This document shows, piece by piece, positions 8,267 to 16,422 of a stretch of DNA of 33,978 nucleotides. The DNA is from Gemmatimonadales bacterium (GTDB lineage Bacteria > Gemmatimonadota > Gemmatimonadetes > Gemmatimonadales > GWC2-71-9). The first letter of the stretch is position 1, and each line of letters starts with the position of its first letter. Location: the NCBI GenBank assembly GCA_036396495.1, contig DASWKS010000006.1, forward strand, positions 1-33,978, read 5' to 3'. The notes beneath the pieces are model-generated. The model was given only the letters and a program-made list of their open reading frames with translations, was not told where the DNA came from and did not search any database. A program made the position numbers and the translations under genes.

Positions 8267-10464
8267 TTCTGGTGAAAGTCACCTTGCTGCTCGCCGGGGC
8301 CTTCCTCCTCAGCTGGCTGCTCCGCCGCCGCACCGCGGCGCTTCGTCATTTGAATTGGACCCTGGCGTTGGCCGGCACCCTCGGCCTCACGGCATTGTCG
8401 CCCCTGGTGCCGGAGCTTCGGGTTTCGCTACCAGCTTCGACGGAGCTGTTCCCGAGTCCCGACGATCCGGGCCCGGCCCCTGAGCGCGCCGGGCTCCATG
8501 AACTCCAGTCTGGCCCCGACCGGGCAGCCGTCATGCGCCCCGGGACGGAGGCATCCTCCCAAACCAGGGAAAGCCCCTCCGCCATTCGCCGGATCCCGCT
8601 GGAGATGATCCTGCCTCTGGTTTATCTGCTCGGGTTTCTCGCGGTCCTGAGCTGGTACCTCATCGGACGGATGTCGCTCCGGCGACTGGTGCAGCGGGCC
8701 TCCCCGCTCGGCGGCGATTGGAGCGGGTTGCTGAGCCAGGTTGCCCGCGAGATGGGCGTAACCGGGAACCCACGATTGTTTGCCTCACCGCGAGTCGGCT
8801 CGCCGATCACGTGGGGACTCCGGGATTCCGTTGTGGTTCTGCCGTCCGACGCGGTTGACTGGCCGCTCGACCGGCGACGGATCGTGCTGGCGCACGAGCT
8901 GACCCATGCCGCCCGGGGGGACCATCTGGCCCGGTTGATCGGGGTGGTGGCCTGTGCGGCCTACTGGTTTCATCCCCTGGTATGGGCCGCGTTTCGCCGC
9001 CAGGGGATCGAAAGCGAACGCGCCGCTGATGATCACGTGCTCATTCAGGGGACCTCCGGCATGGAATACGCGACCCATCTCCTCGATATCGCGAGGCGAT
9101 CGAGCCATCTGCGAACGAGTGGCCTGATCGCCATCGGTATGGCCCGCCTTTCGCACCTGGAGGGACGGCTCCTGGCACTGCTCGACGAAAGCCGCAACCG
9201 CGCCGCGCCGACGCCCCGCGTGACCCGAGCCGCCTGGGGCGGCCTGATGTTGGCCACGCTCCCGATTGCCGCGCTGCAGCCGGCGGCGCCTGCACCGGGC
9301 GCTGAGCCGGTTGAGATCGAACGCCTAACCGCTCAGCCCCGCGCGGATACGTTGATCGAGCGGACGGTCCCGGCCCGGGCCGGCGAAACACTGGCGCTCG
9401 ATCTCGAGACCGGCGGCGATGTCACCCTGCGAGGGTGGAATCGGCCCGAACTGCAGGTCCGGGCCCGTCTGGCGGGGGCAGACTGGAAGAACACGCGGGT
9501 CAGTATCGCGCGGGTCGATGGCGGCGTGAGGGTCCGGGCCGAGCCGACCGAGGACCGGAATAACTTTTCCACGTCCCATGACTTCGAGATCATGCTGCCG
9601 GATCGCTATGACGTCCGGCTCGAGTCCGCCGGGGGCAGCCTGACCATCATCGGCGTGGAGGGCACGTTCCGGGGAGGCTCTGGTGGTGGTGAGATCCGGA
9701 TCGAGCGGGCCAAAGGTGACGCTCGCCTGACCACCGGAGGCGGAGACATCCAGGTCACCGACTCCGATCTGAGGGGCTCGGTGAGCACCGGCGGCGGCAT
9801 GGTCCGACTCTCGCGAGTTCGGGGGGGGCTGCGCGGGTTCTCGGGAAGCGGTCCGGTCATCTACTCCGACGCGGGCCACCGGCAGACCGGCGATCTGGAT
9901 AAGGTCACGATTTCCAAGGACCGGATTCAGGTCGCGGAAGGCGAGAGGACCGGGCTTCTCCACATCCAAAAAGCCGGGGGCGACATCATCCTCGACGGCG
10001 CGCCGGACGGCGTGCGAGCGAACACCGGTGGCGGTCGAATCCGGATTGGCCGTTCAGCCGGACTGGTTGACGCCCGCACCGGAGGTGGAGACATCACCAT
10101 CGGTCCGGTGGCCGGATCGGTCAACGCCGGCACCGGCGCGGGCGACGTTCATATCACGATCGTGCGTGTCGATGGGCAGGAACAGTCCCTGGAAGTAACT
10201 GCCGGGGTGGGACGGGTTGTGATCGAATGGCCCGCCGGAGTCGCCGCCCGCTTCGAACTCGAGACCGCCTACACCCGCCGGTTCGGCCGGCGCACCCGCA
10301 TCGACAGCGACTGGGACCTGGTGCACCAGGAAACCGAGGATTGGGACGATACCCAAGGCACGCCCCGGCGCTACGTTCGGGCCGAGGGAAAGGTCGGCAG
10401 CGGCGGAGGCCTGGTCCGGGTCCGAACCGTCAACGGCGACATCACCATCCGCCGGACGCCTTAG
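8263..10464 (+). CDS. BlaR1-like M56 metalloprotease signal transducer with a C-terminal DUF4097-like (GGGDI-repeat, predicted beta-helix) domain
   Basis: Start taken at the ATG overlapping the blaI-like stop (MILVKVTLLLAGAFLLSWLL...). There are N-terminal TM helices, a zinc motif HELTHAARGDH and WFHPLVWAAF, all typical of M56. The C-terminal roughly 330 aa contain repeats such as SGGGEIRI, TGGGDIQV, TGGGMVRL, KAGGDIIL, TGGGRIRI, TGGGDITI, GTGAGDVHI, SGGGLVRV and NGDITI. No transpeptidase/PBP motifs (SxxK, KTG) were seen. Confidence 0.85.
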   Translation: MILVKVTLLLAGAFLLSWLLRRRTAALRHLNWTLALAGTLGLTALSPLVPELRVSLPASTELFPSPDDPGPAPERAGLHELQSGPDRAAVMRPGTEASSQTRESPSAIRRIPLEMILPLVYLLGFLAVLSWYLIGRMSLRRLVQRASPLGGDWSGLLSQVAREMGVTGNPRLFASPRVGSPITWGLRDSVVVLPSDAVDWPLDRRRIVLAHELTHAARGDHLARLIGVVACAAYWFHPLVWAAFRRQGIESERAADDHVLIQGTSGMEYATHLLDIARRSSHLRTSGLIAIGMARLSHLEGRLLALLDESRNRAAPTPRVTRAAWGGLMLATLPIAALQPAAPAPGAEPVEIERLTAQPRADTLIERTVPARAGETLALDLETGGDVTLRGWNRPELQVRARLAGADWKNTRVSIARVDGGVRVRAEPTEDRNNFSTSHDFEIMLPDRYDVRLESAGGSLTIIGVEGTFRGGSGGGEIRIERAKGDARLTTGGGDIQVTDSDLRGSVSTGGGMVRLSRVRGGLRGFSGSGPVIYSDAGHRQTGDLDKVTISKDRIQVAEGERTGLLHIQKAGGDIILDGAPDGVRANTGGGRIRIGRSAGLVDARTGGGDITIGPVAGSVNAGTGAGDVHITIVRVDGQEQSLEVTAGVGRVVIEWPAGVAARFELETAYTRRFGRRTRIDSDWDLVHQETEDWDDTQGTPRRYVRAEGKVGSGGGLVRVRTVNGDITIRRTP

Positions 10465-10955
10465 ACGGCCCCGGGAAAGTCAAGGTCCATCGTCGCGGCG
10501 GGAGCCAGCTCGAACCACCGGGTCTGCAGCCCCGAGCGCAGGGCCCGCACCGCGGCCAGCTCATCATCGCTCACCGGACGAAATGCCGGGACGCCTTGCT
10601 GTGCCAGAACGGCATTCAAGGCCTCGGTAAACTCGTCGGCTCGCATCAGCCGGCCCGAGGCGCGCTCCAGATCGAACAGGCCCACCATGTTCTCGGCCCA
10701 GAGCGCCTCGGTGGGGAGCCGGGAGGCTGAACCGCGCTCGGCGAAGGTCTCCAGACTCCAGCCCGACGCCACCAGTCCGAAAAACGCTTCGGTGAACCCG
10801 AAGACACTCTCAACGGCGTAGTGGGTCATGTCGTGCACCGGAAAAAACGGATGCAGTTTGCGCCAGGTTCGCGAGCCGTCCCGCCGGACGCAAATCAGGG
10901 TGGGGCGGTCGTCCCGGCCCTTCTTGAGCTGCACCACCATAGTCGACGTTGGCAT
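10461..10955 (-). CDS. Hypothetical protein (start 10955 or 10941)
   Basis: 164-aa ORF with non-repetitive, globular-looking sequence (HPFFPVHDMTHYAVESVFGFTEAFFGLVASGW...). I recognise no family. The first ATG lies inside the first copy of the 131-bp repeat, so the ATG at 10941 may be the real start. Confidence 0.5.
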   Translation of the reverse strand: MPTSTMVVQLKKGRDDRPTLICVRRDGSRTWRKLHPFFPVHDMTHYAVESVFGFTEAFFGLVASGWSLETFAERGSASRLPTEALWAENMVGLFDLERASGRLMRADEFTEALNAVLAQQGVPAFRPVSDDELAAVRALRSGLQTRWFELAPAATMDLDFPGAV

Positions 10956-11240
10956 CTGCAGATAACGCCCTAACTAATTCATCCCCAGATTACGCGGATG
11001 ACGCCGAACCAGGCTTATTGCCAGACCTCAGCAGACCGTCAGTTGGAGTTCAAGCGCGTTGGGAACAATCGGCGTCATCGGCGGCATCTGCGGATACCGC
11101 ACTGACTAATTCATCCGCGGATTACACCGATGACCAAGTTTAATGCCCGACCTCGGCACCCGTCAGGCGGAGTCCGAGCGCGTTGGGAACGATCGGCGTG
11201 GAGTTCAAGCATATCGTGAACGATTGGTGCCATCGTTCCA
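10952..11240. repeat. Intergenic imperfect tandem repeat, period about 131 bp, about 2.3 copies
   Basis: Copy A starts with GGCATCTGCAGATAACGCC at 10952 and copy B with GGCATCTGCGGATACCGCA at 11083. Both contain CT(A/G)ACTAATTCATCC, GACCTC(A/G)GCA, CCGTCAG and AGCGCGTTGGGAAC(A/G)ATCGGCGT. A third partial copy begins with GGAGTTCAAGC at 11200. My hand alignment gives roughly three-quarters identity. Each unit contains short palindromes (ATCTGCAGAT in A, ATCCGCGGAT in B). Confidence 0.8.
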
Positions 11241-11273
11241 CGAATCCTGGGTAAAAGATAGCGCCCCGCCGAT

Positions 11274-11651
11274 TCATTGGACCGTGACCGTGCCCCGCAT
11301 GGCTCCGGTGGTCGCGGTCGCGTGGATGCTGCAGAAGTACTGACAGCTGATCCCGCCAGTCGCGAAGTCCACGCCAGGGCTGGTGTCCCCGCCACTCACG
11401 TTGTGACCCCAACTGGGGCAGCCGACCGGATTGGCGGGATTGGATGTGGTCGTGTGGACCAGCCCGTCGTCATTTTGCCAGGTCACGCTGGTCCCGGCTG
11501 GGACGGTCAGCGTGGCGGGGTCGAACAGACTGTTCGCCATGCACACTTTGGTCGCACTGGGATCGCAATCGCCCGCTGGGCCGGTTCCATCGTCATCACC
11601 GCACGCGGATAGAAGCCAAACCGCCATGACTGCCGAAATGATCCATCCCAT
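11274..11651 (-). CDS. Cupredoxin (plastocyanin/amicyanin-like blue-copper) lipoprotein
   Basis: Internal ATG at 11651 preceded by GAGGAG. The signal MGWIISAVMAVWLLSAC has a lipobox. The C-terminal YFCSIHATATTGAMRGTVTVQ and the earlier LVHTT fit a His/Cys/His/Met type-1 copper ligand set, although the His-to-Met loop is longer than in classical amicyanin. Confidence 0.68.
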   Translation of the reverse strand: MGWIISAVMAVWLLSACGDDDGTGPAGDCDPSATKVCMANSLFDPATLTVPAGTSVTWQNDDGLVHTTTSNPANPVGCPSWGHNVSGGDTSPGVDFATGGISCQYFCSIHATATTGAMRGTVTVQ

Positions 11652-11725
11652 AACGTCTCCTCGTCGGCTACGGGTGCGAGGTTCCCAGCGCAAACCGACC
11701 CCCGCTTCGCGGCGGGATGCGGGAC

Positions 11726-12019
11726 TCATCGGCGAGGTTTTCCGAAGAGGGCGCGCAATTCGCTCTTGGCACGTTCCAGGCGGGTCCGCCGGGTTCGGCT
11801 GAGGGTCTTGCCGGCCCGGTTGATGTAGAAGGTCAGCATCGACATGGCGCAGCGGTAGGGATCGGACTTGCGGCGCCGGCTTCGTTCAGCCGAGCGCTTG
11901 AGGGAGCGGGCGATGCTGCGGGGATCGTCCCGCGTGAAAACTCCCTGGTCCAGATCCAGCGCGTTGCTCCGCGCGATAACCCGCTGCGACCAGCGCCACT
12001 CGGGCTTCCGGGTGGCCAT
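11726..12019 (-). CDS. DUF3175-family protein
   Basis: 97 aa. WSQRVIARSNALDLDQGVFTRDDPRSIARSLKRSAERSRRRKSDPYRCAMSMLTFYINRAGKTL matches my memory of the DUF3175 consensus. Confidence 0.7.
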   Translation of the reverse strand: MATRKPEWRWSQRVIARSNALDLDQGVFTRDDPRSIARSLKRSAERSRRRKSDPYRCAMSMLTFYINRAGKTLSRTRRTRLERAKSELRALFGKPRR

Positions 12020-12088
12020 CGGTCCGCTCCGCTGCCGTCATGAGCGGAACGTTTTGGGGAAGCCCGGTCTACACATCACATCATCGGC

Positions 12089-12517
12089 TCAGGCGGAGAG
12101 TTTCGCCTCGAGCCGCATAGGCACCCCGGACAGGGCTCGTGAGACGATGCAGTTCTTCTTGGCATCCTCGGCCAAGCGCTGAAACTCCTCGCCCGAGATC
12201 CCGGGCACCCTGCCCTGCGTGGTCAGATCGATCCCGGTGATCGAGAAGCCCTCGCCCACCTTGTCCAGGTGCACCGTAGCCGTGGTTTGAATGCTGGTTG
12301 GAGGATGACCGGCCTTGGTCAGCCCTAACGACAGCGCCATGGTAAAGCAGCCGGCGTGAGCGGCACCCAGCAACTCTTCCGGGTTGGTGCCGGGCGCCCC
12401 TTCGAACCGGGTGCCGAAGGAGTAGGCGCCTTCGAACGCTCCGCTGCCCAGCCGGATCGAGCCCTTCCCCGCCTTGAGGTCGCCCTCCCACCGGGCATCC
12501 GCCTTTCGATCGATCAT
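12089..12517 (-). CDS. osmC: OsmC-family peroxiredoxin (organic hydroperoxide reductase-like)
   Basis: Internal ATG at 12517 preceded by GGAGGG. MIDRKADARWEGDLKAGKGSIRLGSGAFEGAYSF...NPEELLGAAHAGCFTMAL...AKKNCIVSRAL carries both conserved Cys contexts of OsmC. Confidence 0.88.
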   Translation of the reverse strand: MIDRKADARWEGDLKAGKGSIRLGSGAFEGAYSFGTRFEGAPGTNPEELLGAAHAGCFTMALSLGLTKAGHPPTSIQTTATVHLDKVGEGFSITGIDLTTQGRVPGISGEEFQRLAEDAKKNCIVSRALSGVPMRLEAKLSA

Positions 12518-12687
12518 ACGAAATCCCTCCGGTCCTTGCCGAGACGCACAGGTTCGTTGTGTGAAGCCGGTTGCAACCTGCCCCTGCCCGAGCGGCCGCC
12601 GCAAGGGCTCGCCGCACTCGTGCATGTCCGGCCCCTCGCGGCATCTCCTGTCGAACTGTCTTCGGCAACCGCTGCGAGGGAGGCCCC

Positions 12688-14089
12688 ATGCGCCGCTCAT
12701 ACCATCTTGTGCTCGCGAGCTCCCTGATCGGGCTCGTCCTGCCGGTTTCGTCGGATCGGACTTCCGGCTTCCTCGCGACCGGCCGGGTCGTTCTGACGGC
12801 CATGGCGCTGGGCTATCGGCCCGTAACCGATACAGTGCAGGTGGTACCCGATTCAGTGACCCGTGCCGATTTCGTCCTCATCCCTTCCCCCTACCGGCTC
12901 CATGAATTGGTCACGGACGCAAGCGCTGCGTCGCCGGCCAGCGCATCGGCCGCCATGGCCTTGCGTTCCGCGGTGGGGACGAGCGGCAAGGACGCACGGC
13001 GGTTCAACACCGAGGAGTACAAGCACATCGTCGAGAATGGGTGGCAGTCGCCGGCGCGTTATCCGCTGTCGACCTTTTCGACCGACGTCGACGCCGGCTC
13101 ATACAGCAACATCCGGCGTTTCGTGACCGGCGGGGCGCTTCCACCCCGGGACGCGGTGCGGGTGGAAGAAATGATCAACTACTTCTCCTACGACTATCCC
13201 GAGCCCCGGGGAGAGCACCCGGTGTCCGTGACCAGCGAGGTGTCCATCGCGCCGTGGCACGACACCCACAAGCTGATACTCATCGGGCTCCAGACCCGCC
13301 GGCTGGCGATGGAGGACCTGCCCCCCAACAACCTGGTGTTCCTGCTGGATGTCTCGGGGTCGATGGCGACTCCGCAGAAACTCCCCCTGGTCAAGTCGGC
13401 GTTCCGCCTGCTGGTGAACCAGCTCCGGCCGGAGGATCAGGTTGCCATCGCGGTCTATGCCGGGGCGGCCGGCCTGGTCCTCCCATCTGCATCGGGTTCC
13501 CGGAAGGACCTCATTCTCGATGCGATCGACCGACTCGATGCCGGCGGATCCACCGCGGGGGCGGCGGGGATCCGTCTGGCGTACGAAACGGCCCGGAAGG
13601 CGTTTCTGGCCGAAGGCAATAACCGTCCTGGGCTTCGGCATGGGCAACCTGAAGGACGCGAAGCTGGAACAGCTGGCCGACAAGGGCAACGGGAACTACG
13701 CCTATGTGGACGATCTGCTCGAAGCCCGCAAGGTGTTCGTGCAGGAGCTCGGCGCCACCTTGTTCACGGTGGCGAAGGACGTGAAGCTGCAGATCGAGTT
13801 CAACCCGGCCAAAGTCGCCGCCTACCGGTTGGTCGGCTATGAAAACCGGCTGCGCGAAGGTCGTGCCTCGCCAGCGCTGCGGTGGGCCGCAGCGGTGGCA
13901 GGCATCGGCAGGCTGCTGCGGGATTCGGAGTTCAAAGGGCAAAGCACCTGGGGGTCCATGATTGCCCTCGCCCGGGATGCTCGGGGTGCCGACCGGGAAG
14001 GGTATCGCAGCGAGTTCATCCGCGTGGCCGAAGCAGCCGAACTGCTGGCCCGGCAGGCCCGGCAACCGGTCGGTCCAGCCGAGCGGTAG
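12688..14089 (+). pseudogene. vWA-domain protein of the YfbK type (vWA + DUF3520), disrupted by internal deletions and a frameshift
   Basis: ATG at 12688 follows GAGGGAGG. Frame 1 (12688 to about 13625) gives NTEEYKHIVENGW...STFSTDVDAGSYSNIRRF...VEEMINYFSYDYP...LVFLLDVSGSM...[30 protein letters not shown] and then degenerates. The family sequence resumes in another frame (track ORF 13442-14089) as [38 protein letters not shown]...[18 protein letters not shown], and then jumps directly to ...[47 protein letters not shown]. The expected blocks between GNNR and VLGFGMG, and between GYENRL and AAAVA, are missing. Confidence 0.75.
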
Positions 14090-14189
14090 CTCGAATGGAC
14101 CATGTTACTCGTGGCGTGAGGGCTGGAGAGCTGTGCACACCTTCGCCGATGGCGTCATCTCCCCTCGGGAGAGTGCCACACGTCCAACT

Positions 14190-14771
14190 TCACCCTCCGG
14201 CGCGATTCGTTGCCGCCGGGGCGGTCGCCGCGCGATCATCCGGCTCGCTCCTCCGATAGTCGTCGGCCGTGAGCAGATAGGACGGGTGGTCGAGGCCGGT
14301 GGGCGGGTAGTACTCGTCGCGCAGGTAGCGGAATCCGAGCCGGGCCACGAGCCGGCGAGACGATTCGTTGCCCGGGTTGTGACCGGCGAAGAGGGCTCGC
14401 GCGCCCAGGGTCTCGAAGCCGTGCTGGATGACGGTGCGGGCCGATTCAAGTGCCAGCCCGGCGCCCCAGAAGTCACGCCGCAGGTGAACGCCGAGCTCGA
14501 GGGTGAGGTCATCGCCGGGATAGGGCCGCAGGCCGCAACAGCCGAGGTGCTCGCCAGTGGTCAGCAGGAAAATGGGCCAGTATTGGATCCCGCGTGCGTG
14601 CATCGACCGAATCTCCTGGTCCAGTCGCTCCCGTACCTGCGGCTCGTTCCACGGCCCGCCGATCCAGCGCGTCACGGCGGGATCACCCCAGAGGGCCAGA
14701 GCCAAGGGCAGGTCGGACTTGGACCACGGGCGAAAACCCACCCGGGAAGAACGCAGAAAGTACCGGTCCAT
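14190..14771 (-). CDS. GNAT-family N-acetyltransferase (RimJ/RimL-like)
   Basis: 193 aa. LRSSRVGFRPWSKSDLPLALALWGDPAVTRWIGG..., HLRRDFWGAGLALESARTVIQHGFETLGARALFAGHNPGNESSRRLVARLGF is a typical acetyl-CoA binding core. Confidence 0.85.
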   Translation of the reverse strand: MDRYFLRSSRVGFRPWSKSDLPLALALWGDPAVTRWIGGPWNEPQVRERLDQEIRSMHARGIQYWPIFLLTTGEHLGCCGLRPYPGDDLTLELGVHLRRDFWGAGLALESARTVIQHGFETLGARALFAGHNPGNESSRRLVARLGFRYLRDEYYPPTGLDHPSYLLTADDYRRSEPDDRAATAPAATNRAGG

Positions 14772-14783
14772 GGGATCAGCGGG

Positions 14784-15002
14784 TCACTCCTCGTCCTGAG
14801 CGCCTCCGCCCGACTGGATTGAACCAGTCAGATCGCGCAGCAGCTCGGGGCTGCCGGTCATGATATCCCGCCAGCTGACCTCCTGACCCTTGCGGCCACC
14901 CTTGGGTGTGATCTTTACGCCCTCCGGGCTGATGGCGATGGTGTAGGGCTTTCCTTCGATGTCGAGCTCGCGTTTGAGGGTCTTGTCCAGTCGAGTGGTC
15001 AT
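14784..15002 (-). CDS. Small hypothetical protein (72 aa) upstream of the GNAT gene
   Basis: Internal ATG at 15002 (MTTRLDKTLKRELDIEGKPYTIAISPEGVKITPKGGRKGQEVSWRDI...). It ends 12 nt before the GNAT start on the same strand. I recognise no family. Confidence 0.45.
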   Translation of the reverse strand: MTTRLDKTLKRELDIEGKPYTIAISPEGVKITPKGGRKGQEVSWRDIMTGSPELLRDLTGSIQSGGGAQDEE

Positions 15003-15145
15003 TGGTTTTTCTGCCCTGGCTGAAGGTTGATCTTTCCCGAGCGATGCTAAGCAGTTCCAGCTCCCGAGGCTGTCTCCCAAGGGGGACGCCGGAACCGAAT
15101 CGTAGCCACCTCGGCCTGGGACCATGTAGTCCGGGGCCGCAACCG

Positions 15146-15238
15146 GGCGTAATTACCTGCGGAGCGGGCCTGAACGCGACCATGGAAGGGGCCATCAAGT
15201 CGGGCTGGCGCGCGGCGCGCGAGCTGCTGGGTCGATAG
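15146..15238 (+). pseudogene. 3'-terminal stub of an FAD-dependent amine-oxidase/desaturase-type oxidoreductase
   Basis: The last roughly 30 codons of track ORF 15002-15238 read GVITCGAGLNATMEGAIKSGWRAARELLGR*. This resembles the conserved C-terminal FAD-binding helix (..TMEGA..SG..AA..) of the amine oxidase, phytoene desaturase and HpnE families. Nothing upstream resembles the rest of such an enzyme. Confidence 0.4.
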
Positions 15239-15243
15239 GCTGT

Positions 15244-15738
15244 TCAGGATCGCACGGCTGCTTCAGCAGCCGGATCCGCCAGCGCCGCGACGCCCTCCCG
15301 GTCGGTGAAGCCCAAGGAATCGGAATTCACGCAAAAACGGAGACCGGTCGGAGCTGGGCCATCTTCGAACACGTGCCCCAGGTGTGCGTCACATCGAGCG
15401 CAGAGAATCTCCACCCGCCGCATGCCGTAGCCCCGGTCCTCGATCGTCGTCACGTTCTCGGGAGCGACCGGTTGAAAGAAACTGGGCCACCCGGTCCCGG
15501 AATTGAACTTGGCGTCGGATTGGAACAGCGGCAGACCGCAGCAGATGCAGGTATAGACGCCGTGGCGTTTGTTGTCGAGCAGAGTCCCGCAGAAGGGGCG
15601 CTCGGTCCCCTTCCCCCGCGCGATCCGAAACTGGTCCGGCGTGAGCTGAGCCTGCCACTCGGCGTCGCTCTTCACCACCCGAGGACTCTCTACCGGCCCA
15701 ACCAGCCGGCCCTCACGATTGAACACGCTGACCTTCAT
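15244..15738 (-). CDS. msrB: Peptide-methionine (R)-S-oxide reductase
   Basis: 164 aa. GVYTCICCGLPLFQSDAKFNSGTGWPSFF...VEILCARCDAHLGHVFEDGP...GLRFCVNS shows two CxxC zinc pairs and the catalytic RxCxN motif. Confidence 0.92.
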   Translation of the reverse strand: MKVSVFNREGRLVGPVESPRVVKSDAEWQAQLTPDQFRIARGKGTERPFCGTLLDNKRHGVYTCICCGLPLFQSDAKFNSGTGWPSFFQPVAPENVTTIEDRGYGMRRVEILCARCDAHLGHVFEDGPAPTGLRFCVNSDSLGFTDREGVAALADPAAEAAVRS

Positions 15739-15943
15739 GACCGTCCTCGGATCGATGTGGCGTGGGCGCTCCGGGGAGGCTCAGCCCGGCCAATCAGGTT
15801 GCGGGCGGGTGCTTCGCCCGGGTTCGGACGGCTCCGGTCAGAATGCCAAACCCCAACCGGATCACGCTGGCAATGATGATATACGTCTGAAAGACACCGG
15901 CAACCGACAGGGCCCAGGCGACGCCACGGGGTCGATGCTCGCA

Positions 15944-16420
15944 TCAGTGTTCGACCGGATTCTCCACTACGGCCAGCAGCCGGTCGAGCAGTTCCGCCTG
16001 AGCCGGGTTCATCTTTTCCCGCGCCGCCGGGAGATCGAACCATCCGCATCGGTCGACCTCGGGAAAAGTGAGCCATCGTCCTGAGCCGCGGGGCCATTCG
16101 GTCTGCGCCGAGTTGCTCCGGATACCCGCGGGATCGGCATCACCTTCCCAGGCCCAGGCATGGATGGTCTTGCCGGCTTTCTGTCGGATCCAGCCGAGCG
16201 GCAGAAAGGGGCCTTGGGGCGAAATCCCGGTTTCTTCCTCGAACTCCCGGCGCGCCGTGGTCAACTCGTTCTCACCCGGTTCGACCATCCCTTTGGGGAT
16301 GGTCCAGGCTCCGGCGTCGCGCCGGATCCAGAAGGGTCCTCCCGGGTGGGCCAGGAAGACCTCGAGACCGCTGGCCCCACGGCGATATAGCAAGAGCCCG
16401 GCGCTGACGACCCGTGCCAC
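15944..16420 (-). CDS. NUDIX hydrolase
   Basis: 158 aa with a GTG start at 16420. The Nudix box is PKGMVEPGENELTTARREFEEETG. The start lies 2 nt after the stop of the upstream DUF4019 gene. Confidence 0.85.
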   Translation of the reverse strand: MARVVSAGLLLYRRGASGLEVFLAHPGGPFWIRRDAGAWTIPKGMVEPGENELTTARREFEEETGISPQGPFLPLGWIRQKAGKTIHAWAWEGDADPAGIRSNSAQTEWPRGSGRWLTFPEVDRCGWFDLPAAREKMNPAQAELLDRLLAVVENPVEH

Positions 16421-16422
16421 TC

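Noticed and set aside
10949-11143. 64-aa plus-strand ORF (MASADNALTNSSPDYADD...SADTALTNSSADYTDD) with an internally repeated peptide.
   Set aside because: The peptide repeat simply mirrors the 131-bp DNA tandem repeat. There is no SD, the composition is low-complexity, and the third repeat copy is not in frame. It is more likely non-coding.
10952-11240. Idea that the 131-bp repeat pair is a DGR template/variable repeat, or a CRISPR-like array.
   Set aside because: Mismatches between the copies are not restricted to adenine positions (T>G, T>C and C>A also occur), and no reverse transcriptase is nearby. The units are contiguous, with no unique spacers and no cas genes.
12023-12055. Hairpin TCCGCTC-N12-GAGCGGA followed by TTTT, looking like a rho-independent terminator.
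   Set aside because: The T-run is on the plus strand, where no upstream gene ends. On the minus strand, downstream of osmC, the hairpin is preceded rather than followed by the A/T run. The orientation does not fit either neighbour.
14157-14175. Short hairpin TCTCCC-CTC-GGGAGA between the convergent vWA pseudogene and the GNAT gene, as a bidirectional terminator.
   Set aside because: The stem is only 6 bp with a 3-nt loop and has no flanking U/A tracts. This is too weak to call.
14190-15002. Small ORF plus GNAT as a TacA/TacT-like toxin-antitoxin pair.
   Set aside because: The GNAT has RimJ/RimL-type N-terminal and core motifs and is 193 aa long, unlike TacT-type toxins. The 72-aa partner shows no RHH/DUF1778-like pattern. 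Gene order alone is insufficient.
15790-15943. Hydrophobic peptide (...WALSVAGVFQTYIIIASVIRLGFGILTGAVRTRAKHPPAT*) in the same frame directly after the NUDIX stop codon. It could be read-through or a small membrane protein.
   Set aside because: There is no ATG, GTG or TTG start between the NUDIX TGA and the hydrophobic segment, and nothing indicates programmed read-through. It may be another gene remnant, but it is too short to support a call.
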